DNA of 61,328 bases, the filler included, from Sphacelaria rigidula (lineage: Eukaryota): assembly GCA_964200075.2 (NCBI GenBank). It is 6 parts of 6 records of this genome, joined end to end, with 100 filler letters (N's around TTAATTAATTAA, not from the genome) between each part and the next. Parts side by side here need not be neighbours in the genome. Positions count along the whole stretch, not along the records: positions 10,240 to 20,377 come from CAXNAA020007050.1; positions 20,478 to 30,615 come from CAXNAA020007051.1; 4 more parts are not named here. One strand, 5' to 3'. Made by a program: the position numbers and the translations under genes. Of the stretch, positions 10,793 through 21,800 are shown piece after piece. Positions within the stretch are counted from its first letter, which is position 1. Each line of letters opens with the position of its first letter. The notes under the pieces were generated by a model. The model made no database searches. It had not been told where the DNA came from and was given only the letters and a program-made list of their open reading frames with translations.

Positions 10793-12365
10793 CTGCATTC
10801 GGCACAAAACGACGGAATCATCTAGCGATTAAACAAAAACTTGTGACCCCCGCAACACATGTCAATAATATCGTACTTTAACCCAACGCTCAGACTGCGG
10901 AAAAAAGTGTATTCGTGAGATCGAGAGTAGAGGATACGATTGAGAGTGAAAAGCGGTCAATTAGTGAATGAATCGTTTCAGTTCCGAAATGCCCCTCCAA
11001 GGCGCCCGATATGCTTTATGTAGTAGCTTGCCACTGAGGCCCTTGATATCCCCGAGAAGGATATCGACGTGTAGCTGTAAGCACCCGCTAGTGATAGAGG
11101 CAAAGAAAAACACACACGGAATGAAAGGTCGGTCAAGTTACAGTGATTGACCAAAGCCACTCTCAATCAGCGCTCTACTCTCAATCTCACGAAAACGTTG
11201 TTGGAAGTAGACTGGTCGTCTTGGGGACCATGTACGCCATGCGGATGTATGTGATTCGATTACACATGCGGGTGGTTCTACGGTGAATATCCCAAAACCT
11301 TCGCGATCAAAAGGCTAGCTGAATTTTTGTCACATTATATCAGTTTTGTACTGTTTAAGGGCTCCGTGCCTGCGAGGCATTTCTTCAGTGGGAGGTTCCT
11401 GCAGGTTCGTCATCAAATGAAACGTCAAATGAAGGATCGTGCAATAATGCTCGTTGATACTCTTAGAATCGACTTCAGTCGCGCCGAAAGGAGTAAACGA
11501 GCCGCACGCGGTACCGGGTGTCGTAGTGATGGCGTTGAGCTTCGACTGCACTGCGGCACATGGTTTGTCGCGATCGTCGTGTTTGCTTGTCTTCCCACAG
11601 GGTCCACACCTTCTTGCGTTTGGTGCAATCACTGCTTAACGTTCACTGCTTGATGTTCATGTGATGTCGAGACGGACGCAGACAAGGAAAGCGAACCTTC
11701 ACACTCGAATACAACGGAAACTCGAGTGGAAGAAGGACAGAAGAAAAACAGAAAAGCAAAGAAAGAAGCCTGACGAAGACGCCAACCTGCGAACGACGCC
11801 CCCCCAGAAAACACAACCCCCCTCCCCGGTAGGACTTCAAACAGGAGCTCGTTCCGACCCAGCTCCCCGGGAACCGCATCATACAGAAATTCTCGAGCAC
11901 TTTTACTTTTCGTTTGTCGATGCATCAGGTGTTATTCCAGGTGAGCACAAAACCACCAACCAGCATCTAACTCGTTCAGAATTTTTCAAGTTACAAACAG
12001 GTTGTACTTTCTGGCTGTTCACAGCCCATGGAGTAGCGTAAACGTCGACAAGATTGTGAGCGACAAAACACGAAAGATACACGAAAGTTGTGATGAGCCC
12101 CGCCTCGTATATCTTACGGCGTGTACTGTAGCACCCCCGGGGAATAAATTTTAACGTTGTCTTCTCGAGTGCTGCGGCAGCCTTGCCAACGAGATTTGTG
12201 TCGCAATACTCATCTAATCGTGGGGTTTCAATGAACGACATCTTTCGGGGGTACAGGGTGTTATTTTTTCGTGTCAAGAACTGAAGTTGAACTATCCTGT
12301 TGCCGAAGGTGATCGAGCTCTCAGCCCGTATCTCATATAAACGACGACTTATGTAGTGCTCGTAC

Positions 12366-12451
12366 CTTGTTATGTAGAAGCACGGAAACACGTCGGCTTC
12401 TCCAGTAGCCACAGCGAGAGCCTTCAGAGCAGCCGAACCGATGCTGAATGT
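12366..12451 (-). CDS. CysQ/IMPase-family gene, exon
   Basis: GCAG|ACA...AG|GTACG. Encodes TFSIGSAALKALAVATGEADVFPCFYIT (GSxLK..VA.G.AD motif). Phase 0 to 2, consistent with neighbouring exons. Confidence 0.88.
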
Positions 12452-12533
12452 CTGCTTTCAAACGATTCCGATTCCAAAGGGCCTCACTTTGAGAAGAGTG
12501 ACGTCTTGACTACGGGCAGCAATGGCGGCAAGA

Positions 12534-12773
12534 CACTTTCTACGACAGCCCCTCCACAAAAAGTGCCTGGTTTGGGGAGGCAAAATCTTCACGTGAATCG
12601 AAAAAGCCGAGCACAACAAGCAGCTGGGAATTCCCACGCTTGGGTTCGTTCTCGCCAACGTCGCCCATATGAGTGGCTTTATGCAGCCTGAACCCAAGCA
12701 TCAGGCGCCGTATGACCATTTTTTTCGTGACACTTTTAGGCTGGTTTTGGGGGGGGGCTATAGTAGAAAGTGT
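12534..12773. mobile_element. MITE of ~240 bp with terminal inverted repeats
   Basis: ACTTTCTACGACAGCCCC...GGGGCTATAGTAGAAAGT. A second copy at ~18257-18495 is cut at its right end by the LINE. Confidence 0.7.
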
Positions 12774-13982
12774 CACAAGTACCAGGTGATGTTCGAGGAC
12801 AACGGGTGTTGTGATGGCGGGAGCTTGAGGTGTTCTACTCTATTTCGTTGCCACTGTTTGGTGATGAATGTCGAACATAAATATGCAGCTGCAATGCCCC
12901 GGAGTATGCATCGCGTGTGACCGTAGAGAAACATCCCACACGACATACATTGCTCTCAAACTGTGACATCTCGACGTCTAAAAATCCGTACTTGAAAAAA
13001 TGAGCAGTCACCGTTATGGGTGTCAGCGGCCATTCGATATGGCACAACTTCGTATACCCACGTGCGAAAGCATGTCCCTAGTGGGAGACATGCACTGAAA
13101 AATACAGGACAGGTTACGAGCCCTGCGTGGGTAACTGCATAGAACAAAGAAGCCCCCCCAACCTGTGGGCGACTGATTCGGGATGGTCACACATTATCCT
13201 AGCAGTTCAACGACCCACTCTGAGCTCGAGAGAGCATAAGCTTGTAGGATTTCGCCTCGGCTGGCACGCCTTTTAACGCGAATGTATGCAGGGGAAGACG
13301 GCCGAGATCCAGCCTGTGAAGGATGGCCCTTACGGTCCCTGCGGGATAACGTGGATTTTCAATGCCACAGTGTACAGACCAGTTTCGCTACACGTCATGC
13401 TTTTAGGACCACGAAAGAATCTGTGGTCTCAAGGGATCAACGCATCCCTCAGCGCGTATTAGCCGTGCAATATATCACCGAGAACGGGCTCAGCACGGCT
13501 ATAGCTTTTATCGGCTACATCGAGTACAGTATATATGTATTCCTCCAACTTTTGTCATTTCGAGATCCCGTGTCTCCGCATGACTTGAAGCAACCCCCCT
13601 ACCCCCTACCCCGATCCATCCCCCGACATTGTATACAGTCGAAATTCGAAATCACGAACCCCACCTAAACCCGTACGTTGGTGTAATAGCTCAACCGCCC
13701 ACGTGCAGCAGCGGCTATTGCTCCAGACTACTCGGAAGGGAAGACCCCGCATTGCACAAACAGCCCATGTGTGAGCAGATCTCGATGGAAGCTATCCAAC
13801 GAGACGCTATTTCGGTGTCACTACACGCACAACAGTCATTCACGAGAATTTCTGGGGTCACAGCACTTGTGACCGGGGGTGTTGAACACCGCAAGCAACG
13901 GTATTTTCATCTCCGATTACACCTTGTTCTTTACGGGTCAAACATAAAAAGACACGTCCGTACTGTCTCTTCCCGCGTTCAC

Positions 13983-14079
13983 CTTAGGGTTGTCACAAGC
14001 AGCGATGAACGTCTCAGGCGGGCGTGTGCTCGAAACAGCCAGCTTCAACCCCGCGTCGGTGGCAGAGAAGGAGCGGACA
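13983..14079 (-). CDS. CysQ/IMPase-family gene, exon
   Basis: GAAG|T GTC...AAG|GTGAAC. Encodes VRSFSATDAGLKLAVSSTRPPETFIAACDNPK. Phase 2 to 0. Confidence 0.78.
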
Positions 14080-15173
14080 CTTCAGGAGGACGACGACGAC
14101 AGCGGGCATGGGACGAAAGGAATGGTCTTGACGGCTATAGCACGAACGTAACGACATTTACGCGGGTTGGATAATTTCTGCTTGCAGAGACGTTTTGTCC
14201 ACTTCTTGCGTGAACGCGAAAATGTGTTTATGGTACGGTGGTTTTCTCTTCTTGGCGAAACACGATCCAAGGAATACCTCTCCGTGAGTGCCAATCGCAT
14301 CTTTAGTGGCAATGGGCCAACAACATCCAGTATGAGCCCTCCTCCGAAGAGCTGTGCCACCGATGCGCGAGTGTTGGCCTGTGTTGTCCGCTGTGGACTT
14401 TGGGACGTAGTCCTGCGGAAATAGCTGCTTCAGTGCTGTTGTGGCGGTGCTAAAGGAATGCCGCTGCAGCGCAGTGTCACGGAGTGGTGAAACGATAACC
14501 CATATCTCTTGTTTCCTTCAGCTTAGCACAGCAACCCCCGGAATAACAAGATGCTCATGAGCAGCACCAGCGCACGAGGAGCGACGTTGTACTGACCTCA
14601 AGTGCTCTTTGATATCTCGACAACCACGGTGAGGCCTTTAACAAGACGTGCTACAGTGGCTTTCTTTTTCTTCGGAGAGTTCTTCGTGCAAGCCTCCTAT
14701 TGGTGCTACCTGTACTGCACGGTACAGTGGTACAGCACATCGCGACACAGTTCAGTGGGGTGCTATTGTCTTGCCTGCGAGGGACCACTTTTCCTTCGTG
14801 AAACAACGTCACGAATTGATACGACGACGGCCCCAAGTATACTGAACGACACCTGAGGATGTTTCTGCAGCTTCTGACTAAGTCGACCCGGTAACGCGAT
14901 CGTGCTTGCTTGTAGCCGCTAGCCAATATCACAGCCCGCTGCGATGATATTAATCTCACGCATTGCGTGTGTGTGCTGTGATCATACAAGCAAGTCTGCT
15001 ATTTGTCGCAGCTTGCACGTTCTGGGAGCCGTGAGGTGGATAGGATGAACAGCGCCATTCTACGTGCGTTGATCGTGTGTGCTACAGTACCACAGTACAA
15101 AGCTAACATTTTATTTCTGTACTTCACTTCATTTATGCATAATACATATATATTGTACAGTACACACCAACAC

Positions 15174-15227
15174 CGCATTGGGTCTGGCCCAGCAACATAA
15201 CCTCCTGTCCTAACAATAGAGTTGGAT
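15174..15227 (-). CDS. CysQ/IMPase-family gene, candidate 54-nt exon
   Basis: ACAG|A TCC...CG|GTGTTG. Encodes SNSIVRTGGYVAGPDPMR. Phase 2 to 2, so it could be skipped without a frameshift. Confidence 0.5.
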
Positions 15228-16282
15228 CTGTTTCGTACGATGTGTACTACTGAACGGACCTGAACCGTACTGTATTGTCCCGTACTGTACACTGCATCGC
15301 GTACCGTAAAGCGTGCGGAATCTCGGGGAGTGACGCGGCTGGCAGTATTATGTTCATGTTTCTGAAAATCCGGGCGTTTCCATACCGGTATTGCTAGACC
15401 AAAAGTACAGACGTTTACGATCAAAAAGCTGTCACTGCCCAGTGCCTACAAGAGGCGAGAGCTATGTCTGTTTCAGTCAATGCTTCATGTCGTGAGCTGT
15501 GTGCAGGGTCGCGTCTGCTCAAGGTGATACACCTAGTTCAAAGGTGTCCGCGGAATACCAATTCCCAATCTTCCTCCTGTATACTCAAAATATTGTTTCC
15601 AAGCGACACTCTCCCACCCTGAAGATACCATGTCAAAAACAAATCGCGGTATGGTAAATACTCAAGCTTGCCAACTACTGAAAACAGCGGAAGCTTCCTC
15701 CACAATGAGACCCCTTTTGTAAAACAGGCAAGAGACTCGTGGATATCCGAAACGGGAAAACTTACGCAACAAGGATGGCGCTGGGACTTGAACCCGGACA
15801 CTATGTTCCGGGCTATACGCTCATATCGGCGAATTTCGCATGAGCTTCCTTAGGGAAGGGCATCACGAACGCAGAGACCTCATCATCCCGGCAGTGACTG
15901 TATCTCCCGAACGGCATTTGGTCCGAGCGACAATGAAAAATCGCTAGATACCTGAAGAGAGGTCATCCTACCGTCAATGCACTGGGCTGAGGACTGCTGT
16001 TGCGGACTCTCGGGTTGAGATCGCAGCACGTCAATCGATCCCTTCTGATCTTAGCCCTGGATCTGCTAAACAAGTGGGGTAGTTCACCCACGCAATAGCG
16101 AAGAGGGGCGTGCAGCGGCCATCGCGGCACAGAAGCAAGGCCAACAGGTGCTCGTGTCCATCGCGCACGTCGTCACCACCAATCCGGAAACCACTGATGA
16201 AGAGTGGCAAAGATGCAGACCAACCGAAACATGCGATGGAAACATTCTTCAGCGATAGAAACCGACGTCAACTGAGCCTCAC

Positions 16283-16473
16283 CTAATAGGCTCACTGCCC
16301 CCCAAGCCCGTCCCGCAAGCTGCACCCGACAACACAAACGCTCCCTTCCCAGTGACGGCGTAGTACGTCTTGGGCGATTCGAGGGCGGGGGCGTGCACAA
16401 CTCCAAGCACGGGGGCGCCGCGAAGAGATAAGCCTATCATAACAGCGAAGTCGCCAGTGCGCCTCAGGAATTC
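16283..16473 (-). CDS. CysQ/IMPase-family gene, exon
   Basis: GACAG|GAA...AG|GTGAGG. Encodes EFLRRTGDFAVMIGLSLRGAPVLGVVHAPALESPKTYYAVTGKGAF, which continues DPLDGTK-EF. Confidence 0.92.
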
Positions 16474-17022
16474 CTGTCAGCAGGAATGACATAAATGTGG
16501 AGGGCGGTGCTCATAAACGGGAGAATTTTCTACGATTGTGAACTTTGGCTCGTTTAGGGACGGCAGGATTGATGCGACAAAGTTTACCGCAAACATGTTA
16601 GCGCTCAGCTTCTTCAGAAAAGTCAGTTCAGTATGCTGAATACAGCGGGTTTCCTCGTTGAAGATCTCTTCTTGTTGGGTTTTCCCACGGCAGAAGCCAA
16701 GTCAAGCCAACGGATTTCGGCCAGACCTTTCACCTGTCATCGCTTGAGTACATACATGTAAGAATAGCGAAATATAGCCGGGCAGTTCTTGTGAGCTGCA
16801 CAAATACGATTACCATTTTGGTACACGCCATAATACCCGCCCATAGATTCCAACCTACTGCGAGCAGATTGCGACCCACAATCCCGACAGACGGAGATAT
16901 GCAAACCCAAGGAGTGGTCGCACAGGGGCAGCAGGCAAAAACTGGAACTACTTCTGCGTCCAACTATTTTCAGGAAGGTTTGCGACACACTCGTGGTTCT
17001 TGTTCGCACGCGCAAGGGTCAC

Positions 17023-17110
17023 CTTCGTTCCGTCCAACGGGTCGACTATCCAGCAGTAGTCGAAGTCTCGTCGCTTCTCGTACGGCAGTTGCTCACTTTC
17101 TTCCGAAATT
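17023..17110 (-). CDS. CysQ/IMPase-family gene, exon with metal-binding motifs (N-terminal exons not found)
   Basis: CGCAG|A ATT...AAG|GTGACC. Encodes ISEESEQLPYEKRRDFDYCWIVDPLDGTK (SEE and DPxDGT motifs). Confidence 0.93.
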
Positions 17111-18496
17111 CTGCGGACAACGACACGCACAAAAGGGGGACAAGCCACTACGAAGCTTCATAACTTCTGCGTACCCTGACCAGGTCGAGCTGGGGAATCT
17201 CGTCGGAGCTTGATCACTTTCGCGCGCAGCTTGACGTCAGCATGGAGAGATGCATGATGGCACAAATGTAAGCTCAACCAGAGTCACTGGATGGACTCGC
17301 ATGGATACACTTTCTTCTCGGTACCCGAAGTGTTTGTAGTTGACGTACAAAATGGTCCCCGGTGCCACTGTTCACCATCACACCAATCCAGCCCAGCCCA
17401 ACACGACCCATCCCGAACCCTAAGCCTAAGCCTGACAAAACACAGACCATAAACCCTCGGGCACATGGGGGTTCCATACTAGACAAAGCCATAGTACCCG
17501 CAATCCCGAGGAAAATGCTGCTGCAGGTGACGGGGGTTAGGCGCCGCGTAGTCGCGCCAAAAACAATAGTTGGGGTACCGGAAATTGGTGGACGCGTACA
17601 GGTCAAATTGGTGATTCTGAAGCTCGATCCTTGAGCACCCACTGTGCTGACAGCCGAAGATGCAGGTACGACACATTTTACTTTTGTTTTTATTGATTTC
17701 GCGGACGCTGCTGAACTAGTCATGCGGGTAGATACCATACGGATCAAACTTGAACACTCGAAAAAAAGTGCCGAAGGATGACAAATAGGCAAAGGTAAAC
17801 CCTTGCCAAAAACGATTCTGCAACTGTACGTTGCAGGACGTACGTGTACGGCTAAGAGGACACTGGTTGCTATACAGTAGTCCACAACGCTTTTGGGGGA
17901 TGAATCATTTGATTTTAGTACAGACCAGCCCCGCCAGACACCCAGGAACCCAAAAGCAATACGCATACCAGCCCGAGGAGGGGTTCGCAAAGGACAGGAC
18001 AAACAACTGACATAGAAATGACTTCATCTAGAGAACCCCCCTCGTGCCGATCAGGCGACGTGTACGGAGTAGACGGTGTGACGTTCACCTACTTTTGAAA
18101 CGGCTGAGTTAACCTGGGCGCAAGCGAGAGTTCTGGGCATGTATCATGTTTCGGTTGCCCCCTGAGGCCCTTCCGGGCTGCAGGGCCAGCACATGACAGT
18201 AGCGACAGGTACATGGCAATACATAGGGTGCTCGCCGTGAACTGAGTAATTGAGTCGTTCTACGATACCCCCTCCCCCCCGAAAAAAAACGAATGGCTGG
18301 TTTGGGGACGCAAAATCTACAAGTAAATCGAAATGAAAAAAGTCGAGCACAACGAACAGCTGAGATTTCCCACGCTTCGGTTGGTTTTCGTTAATGTCGC
18401 CCACATGAGGCGCTTCATGCAGCCTGTCACCAAACATCAGGCGCTGCACGATCATTTTCTTCGTGGCAGTTTTGGGCTGTTTTTTTTCAGGGGGAC

Positions 18497-20306
18497 GTAC
18501 TCATTTGTTGCTTGCCTTAGTCGTTTGATCATTGACAACGCATCCCTTTCGAGACGGAGCATCGTCCCTACTCCTTATAGAGACATCTCCAACATTCCAG
18601 CGCTCATTACGTTTCTTTCATACATTGCACAAAAACCTTTTACATAACTTATCCTCGTCCTGTTTCGCCGTCTCTGGCCACCATCTATCTCCTAGTATAA
18701 GCATCGTTTTCTCCCTACGGTCTAATGCATCAAACGATTCTATGCCACCTTCGCTTACGTCCCGCGTTTCCCCCTCTAGCACGTCCTGTTCCTTGTATAC
18801 TTCACATTCTGCCACTACATGACTTCTGCTCTCTATTCCTTTGCCACAGGGGCAGTTCTGTCCATCTACTTCTTCCTCCGCACGACTACTGATATATATC
18901 TTTCTTCTTTCTGGCAGGCCCAGGTCCCCCACCTAAAATCGCAATTTCAAGTCTCTCGCCGCATCCATGAGGCCTTGCAGATATGCTTTCATCCCGATCC
19001 CCTCTCTCCAACCCCCCATATATCTCCAGGTGTTCTTCCTCGTCTACGTTGCGTCTGAGCGCTCCTTTCTCCCTTATTTCCATCATGCCATTTACTTTTG
19101 TCTTGTACCCCGCGCCTTCATCTATAGACAGTATTTCGTCTTGGTTTCCGCCTATCTCCTTCCACACTTTCTTGACTTCTTCGTCGTCTGCGAGCATCCA
19201 AGTATCTTCTTAGCTGCTACCATCTGTACTGTTTCCAACTTCTTTGCCGACTTCGCGTTCCCCTCCCATACTTCTGCACATTCCAGCTTTGGTACAATCA
19301 CGTTCATCAGGATATATCTCTTGATCATAGTGTCTAGGTGCAAATCTCTGAGGACGACGTCCATCCTTCCTATCCGTGCCTTACCCTTTCTATTACTTTA
19401 CTCATGTGTGCATTCCAAGAACAGTGTTTTGATATCTCCAGGTCAAGGTATGTACACTGGTCTACGATCGGCAGTTCCTCTTCTCCCCACTTCCACTTGA
19501 ACTCTACCGGATTATTCTTATCTTCGTTACAGACAAGTACCGCGCCAGTTGTTAACGTTCACTGTCACTCTCCATTTCCTAGTTTATTCTATCGTCTTGT
19601 CTCTCTGTGTCTATAGTCCTTCTGGTGTTCCTGAAATCCCCACAAAATCATCCGCGAATATCAATTCTCGTATCACATCTCCACCCACCTTGACTCCTTG
19701 ATTTTCTGCTCCCACCGCTATTATCATGTGATTTATTAATACCTTCAAGAAAATGGGTGGTAACGTACATTCTTGTGCAACTCCTTGTAAGATATCAAAA
19801 TATTTCGAAATTTCCCGGTCTAGCATCATGACACTTTTGGCGCATTCTGTCATCTTCTTCACCATTCTCCACATGTTTACTCTGATCCCAGTTTCCCACA
19901 ACTTTTTTCATAGCCCATTTCTCCATACTGTGTCATAAGCCTTTTGCACGTTCAGGGAGAAACAGTACACTGTCAGCCCGGCGTCTTTCCTACCTTGAAT
20001 AGTCTTACCTTGCGTGTACACATGGTCTACGCAACTACAGTTTGGTCTAAATTCTGCACGTCCCTCGCTGACTTTTTTTTCGTCCTTTTCAAGCATCGTT
20101 CCTACTCAATCATTCAGGATACTACAAAACCTTTTCCCTACCGTGCTCAGTAGCGCTATCTCTTTATAGTTCTCTGGGTCAGCCTTGTCTCCTGTTTTGA
20201 AAATATTGACTACGACTCCTTCTCTCCACCTCTTGGGTGTGTACTCGTTTTCCCATATCCAGTTGTACAGAATAATCATCATGGTGATCATTCCCTGCCC
20301 CCCGTA
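18497..20306 (-). mobile_element. 5'-truncated, decayed non-LTR retrotransposon (LINE): reverse transcriptase and C-terminal CCHC knuckle
   Basis: Stop- and frameshift-broken ORFs: PKRWREGVVVNIFKTGDKADPENYKEIALLS, FRPNCSCVDHVY, NVQKAYDTVWRNGL, GVAQECTLPP, LIFADDFVG (YADD-like), CPCGKGIESRSHVVAEC. Confidence 0.93.
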
Positions 20307-20377
20307 ATGAGCGCCAGAATGTTGGAGGTGTCTCTATTAGGAGTAGGAACGGTGCTCCGTCTCGAAAGGGATGCGTG
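20303..20377 (+). mobile_element. Inverted copy of the same LINE's 3'-terminal segment, cut by the contig end
   Basis: Reverse complement of 18539-18611 apart from a few substitutions. Confidence 0.85.
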
Positions 20378-20562
20378 NNNNNNNNNNNNNNNNNNNNNNN
20401 NNNNNNNNNNNNNNNNNNNNNTTAATTAATTAANNNNNNNNNNNNNNNNNNNNNNNNNNNNNNNNNNNNNNNNNNNNGAAAAAGAAGTAAGGAAACAACA
20501 AAATGGGCCCCCCCCTCCCCCCCCCCCCCCCCCCCGGCCGTCTCCATTCTCTAATGACTCAC

Positions 20563-21028
20563 TTATCCACACCCCTTTTAGTCCTAGCGCCACCAGGGTT
20601 TGACCCGCTATTGGCAGCATCTCCATCGATAACCGGACCGTTCTTGCGGGCACGTTGGGGATCTCCTGCCATGTTGCGGGCACCGTTACGAGGGTTGTTC
20701 GAATTTGCCACCTTAGACGACGGAGCGCTTGGTGCGCGGTGCTCGGCGTGGACGACTCCGGCACCGCTGGCGTCGGCGTCTTTGGAGGACGACTCTGTGG
20801 CAGTAACCCCGCCCTGCAACGAAGCCAGTGCCGAGGTGGCGGCGGTGGCAGCAGCTTCGGCTGACGTCTCGTGTGTTGATGTGTTATTGGAGGGTGCGGT
20901 GGAAGCTCGCGTGAGGCTACTCTGCTTGTTCAGGGAGTCGTCGTTGTCATTGGTGCCGCGAGGAGCTGGAGACGAACCTCGAGATGATGCCTCTTTTCCT
21001 CCTTCTCTTGAGTCCCCACCGTTGCCAC
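20563..21028 (-). CDS. Probable internal exon of an unidentified Ser/Ala/Gly-rich protein
   Basis: AAGCAG|GTGGC acceptor and AA|GTGAGT donor around an open frame (GNGGDSREGGKE...KRGVDK). No domain recognised. Confidence 0.55.
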
Positions 21029-21539
21029 CTGCTTTTCGTGTGTGGTGTATGCGTGCGCGTGTTGTTTTTGCAATCGTTGGAGAGGGGTAAGAACGGAGGA
21101 CGGAGGACGGAGGAGAGGGGGGAGCAGATACGTACGGGAAGAAAAGACGCGGTACTTGTATGAACGAACACACGTCGCGGATACGACTTCTACTCCGTCT
21201 CCTCGCCGCGCCATGTTCAACGTGTGCTGTACAAGATAGTTTGCGGAAAGAGCGTACAGAACCATCACAACAAACCACAGTTTCATAGCGTGTTCATTTG
21301 CGCCACAAATCACACACCGTCCGGCAGACACCCACACAGCACCACTTGCTCATGAGGTAGTACTGCGGTAGTTGCAGCATGTCAGCTGCTGGAACTGCCG
21401 GTGGGGTCATATAAACAGAAACCGGTAGCTGTTGTAGTCCCCGTCATCGCTGCCGACAGCAGCGGTAAGAAACACGTCAAGCGGTCGGACATGTGCCTCC
21501 AAGTGTCGCAATCAGTACTCTCACGCGTATTTTGGGCCC

Positions 21540-21800
21540 ATCATCTGTGTGTGTTGTCATCCCATCTATTCTGGACGCCAGTCTACAACTTTCGGCATGT
21601 ATGGGCGGATCAGCCGGGGTCACACAGGAGGAAGGCGAACACAGGAGCTTCTTCTTCATTCGTTGTAGTTCTCCACCCGCCCCGTGCGTTGTTTGCCCTG
21701 TTTGCTATCGCGATCCGAGTTCAGCGCTCCCCTTCCCTTCGCTCAATGGAAACTAGGGATTTCATCCATGTCCTACGGCCACAGAGTGCATTCCTTACAA
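21540..21800 (-). mobile_element. Partial copy (body and tail) of the tRNA-derived SINE family
   Basis: CATCCCATCTATTCTGGACGCCAGTCTACA...CAGCCGGGGTCACACAGGAGGAAGG is shared with 35305-35640, 40015-40570 and 59050-59190. Confidence 0.75.

Noticed and set aside
17400..17435. CCCTAA-like telomeric repeat
   Set aside because: Only a few degenerate units inside an intron.
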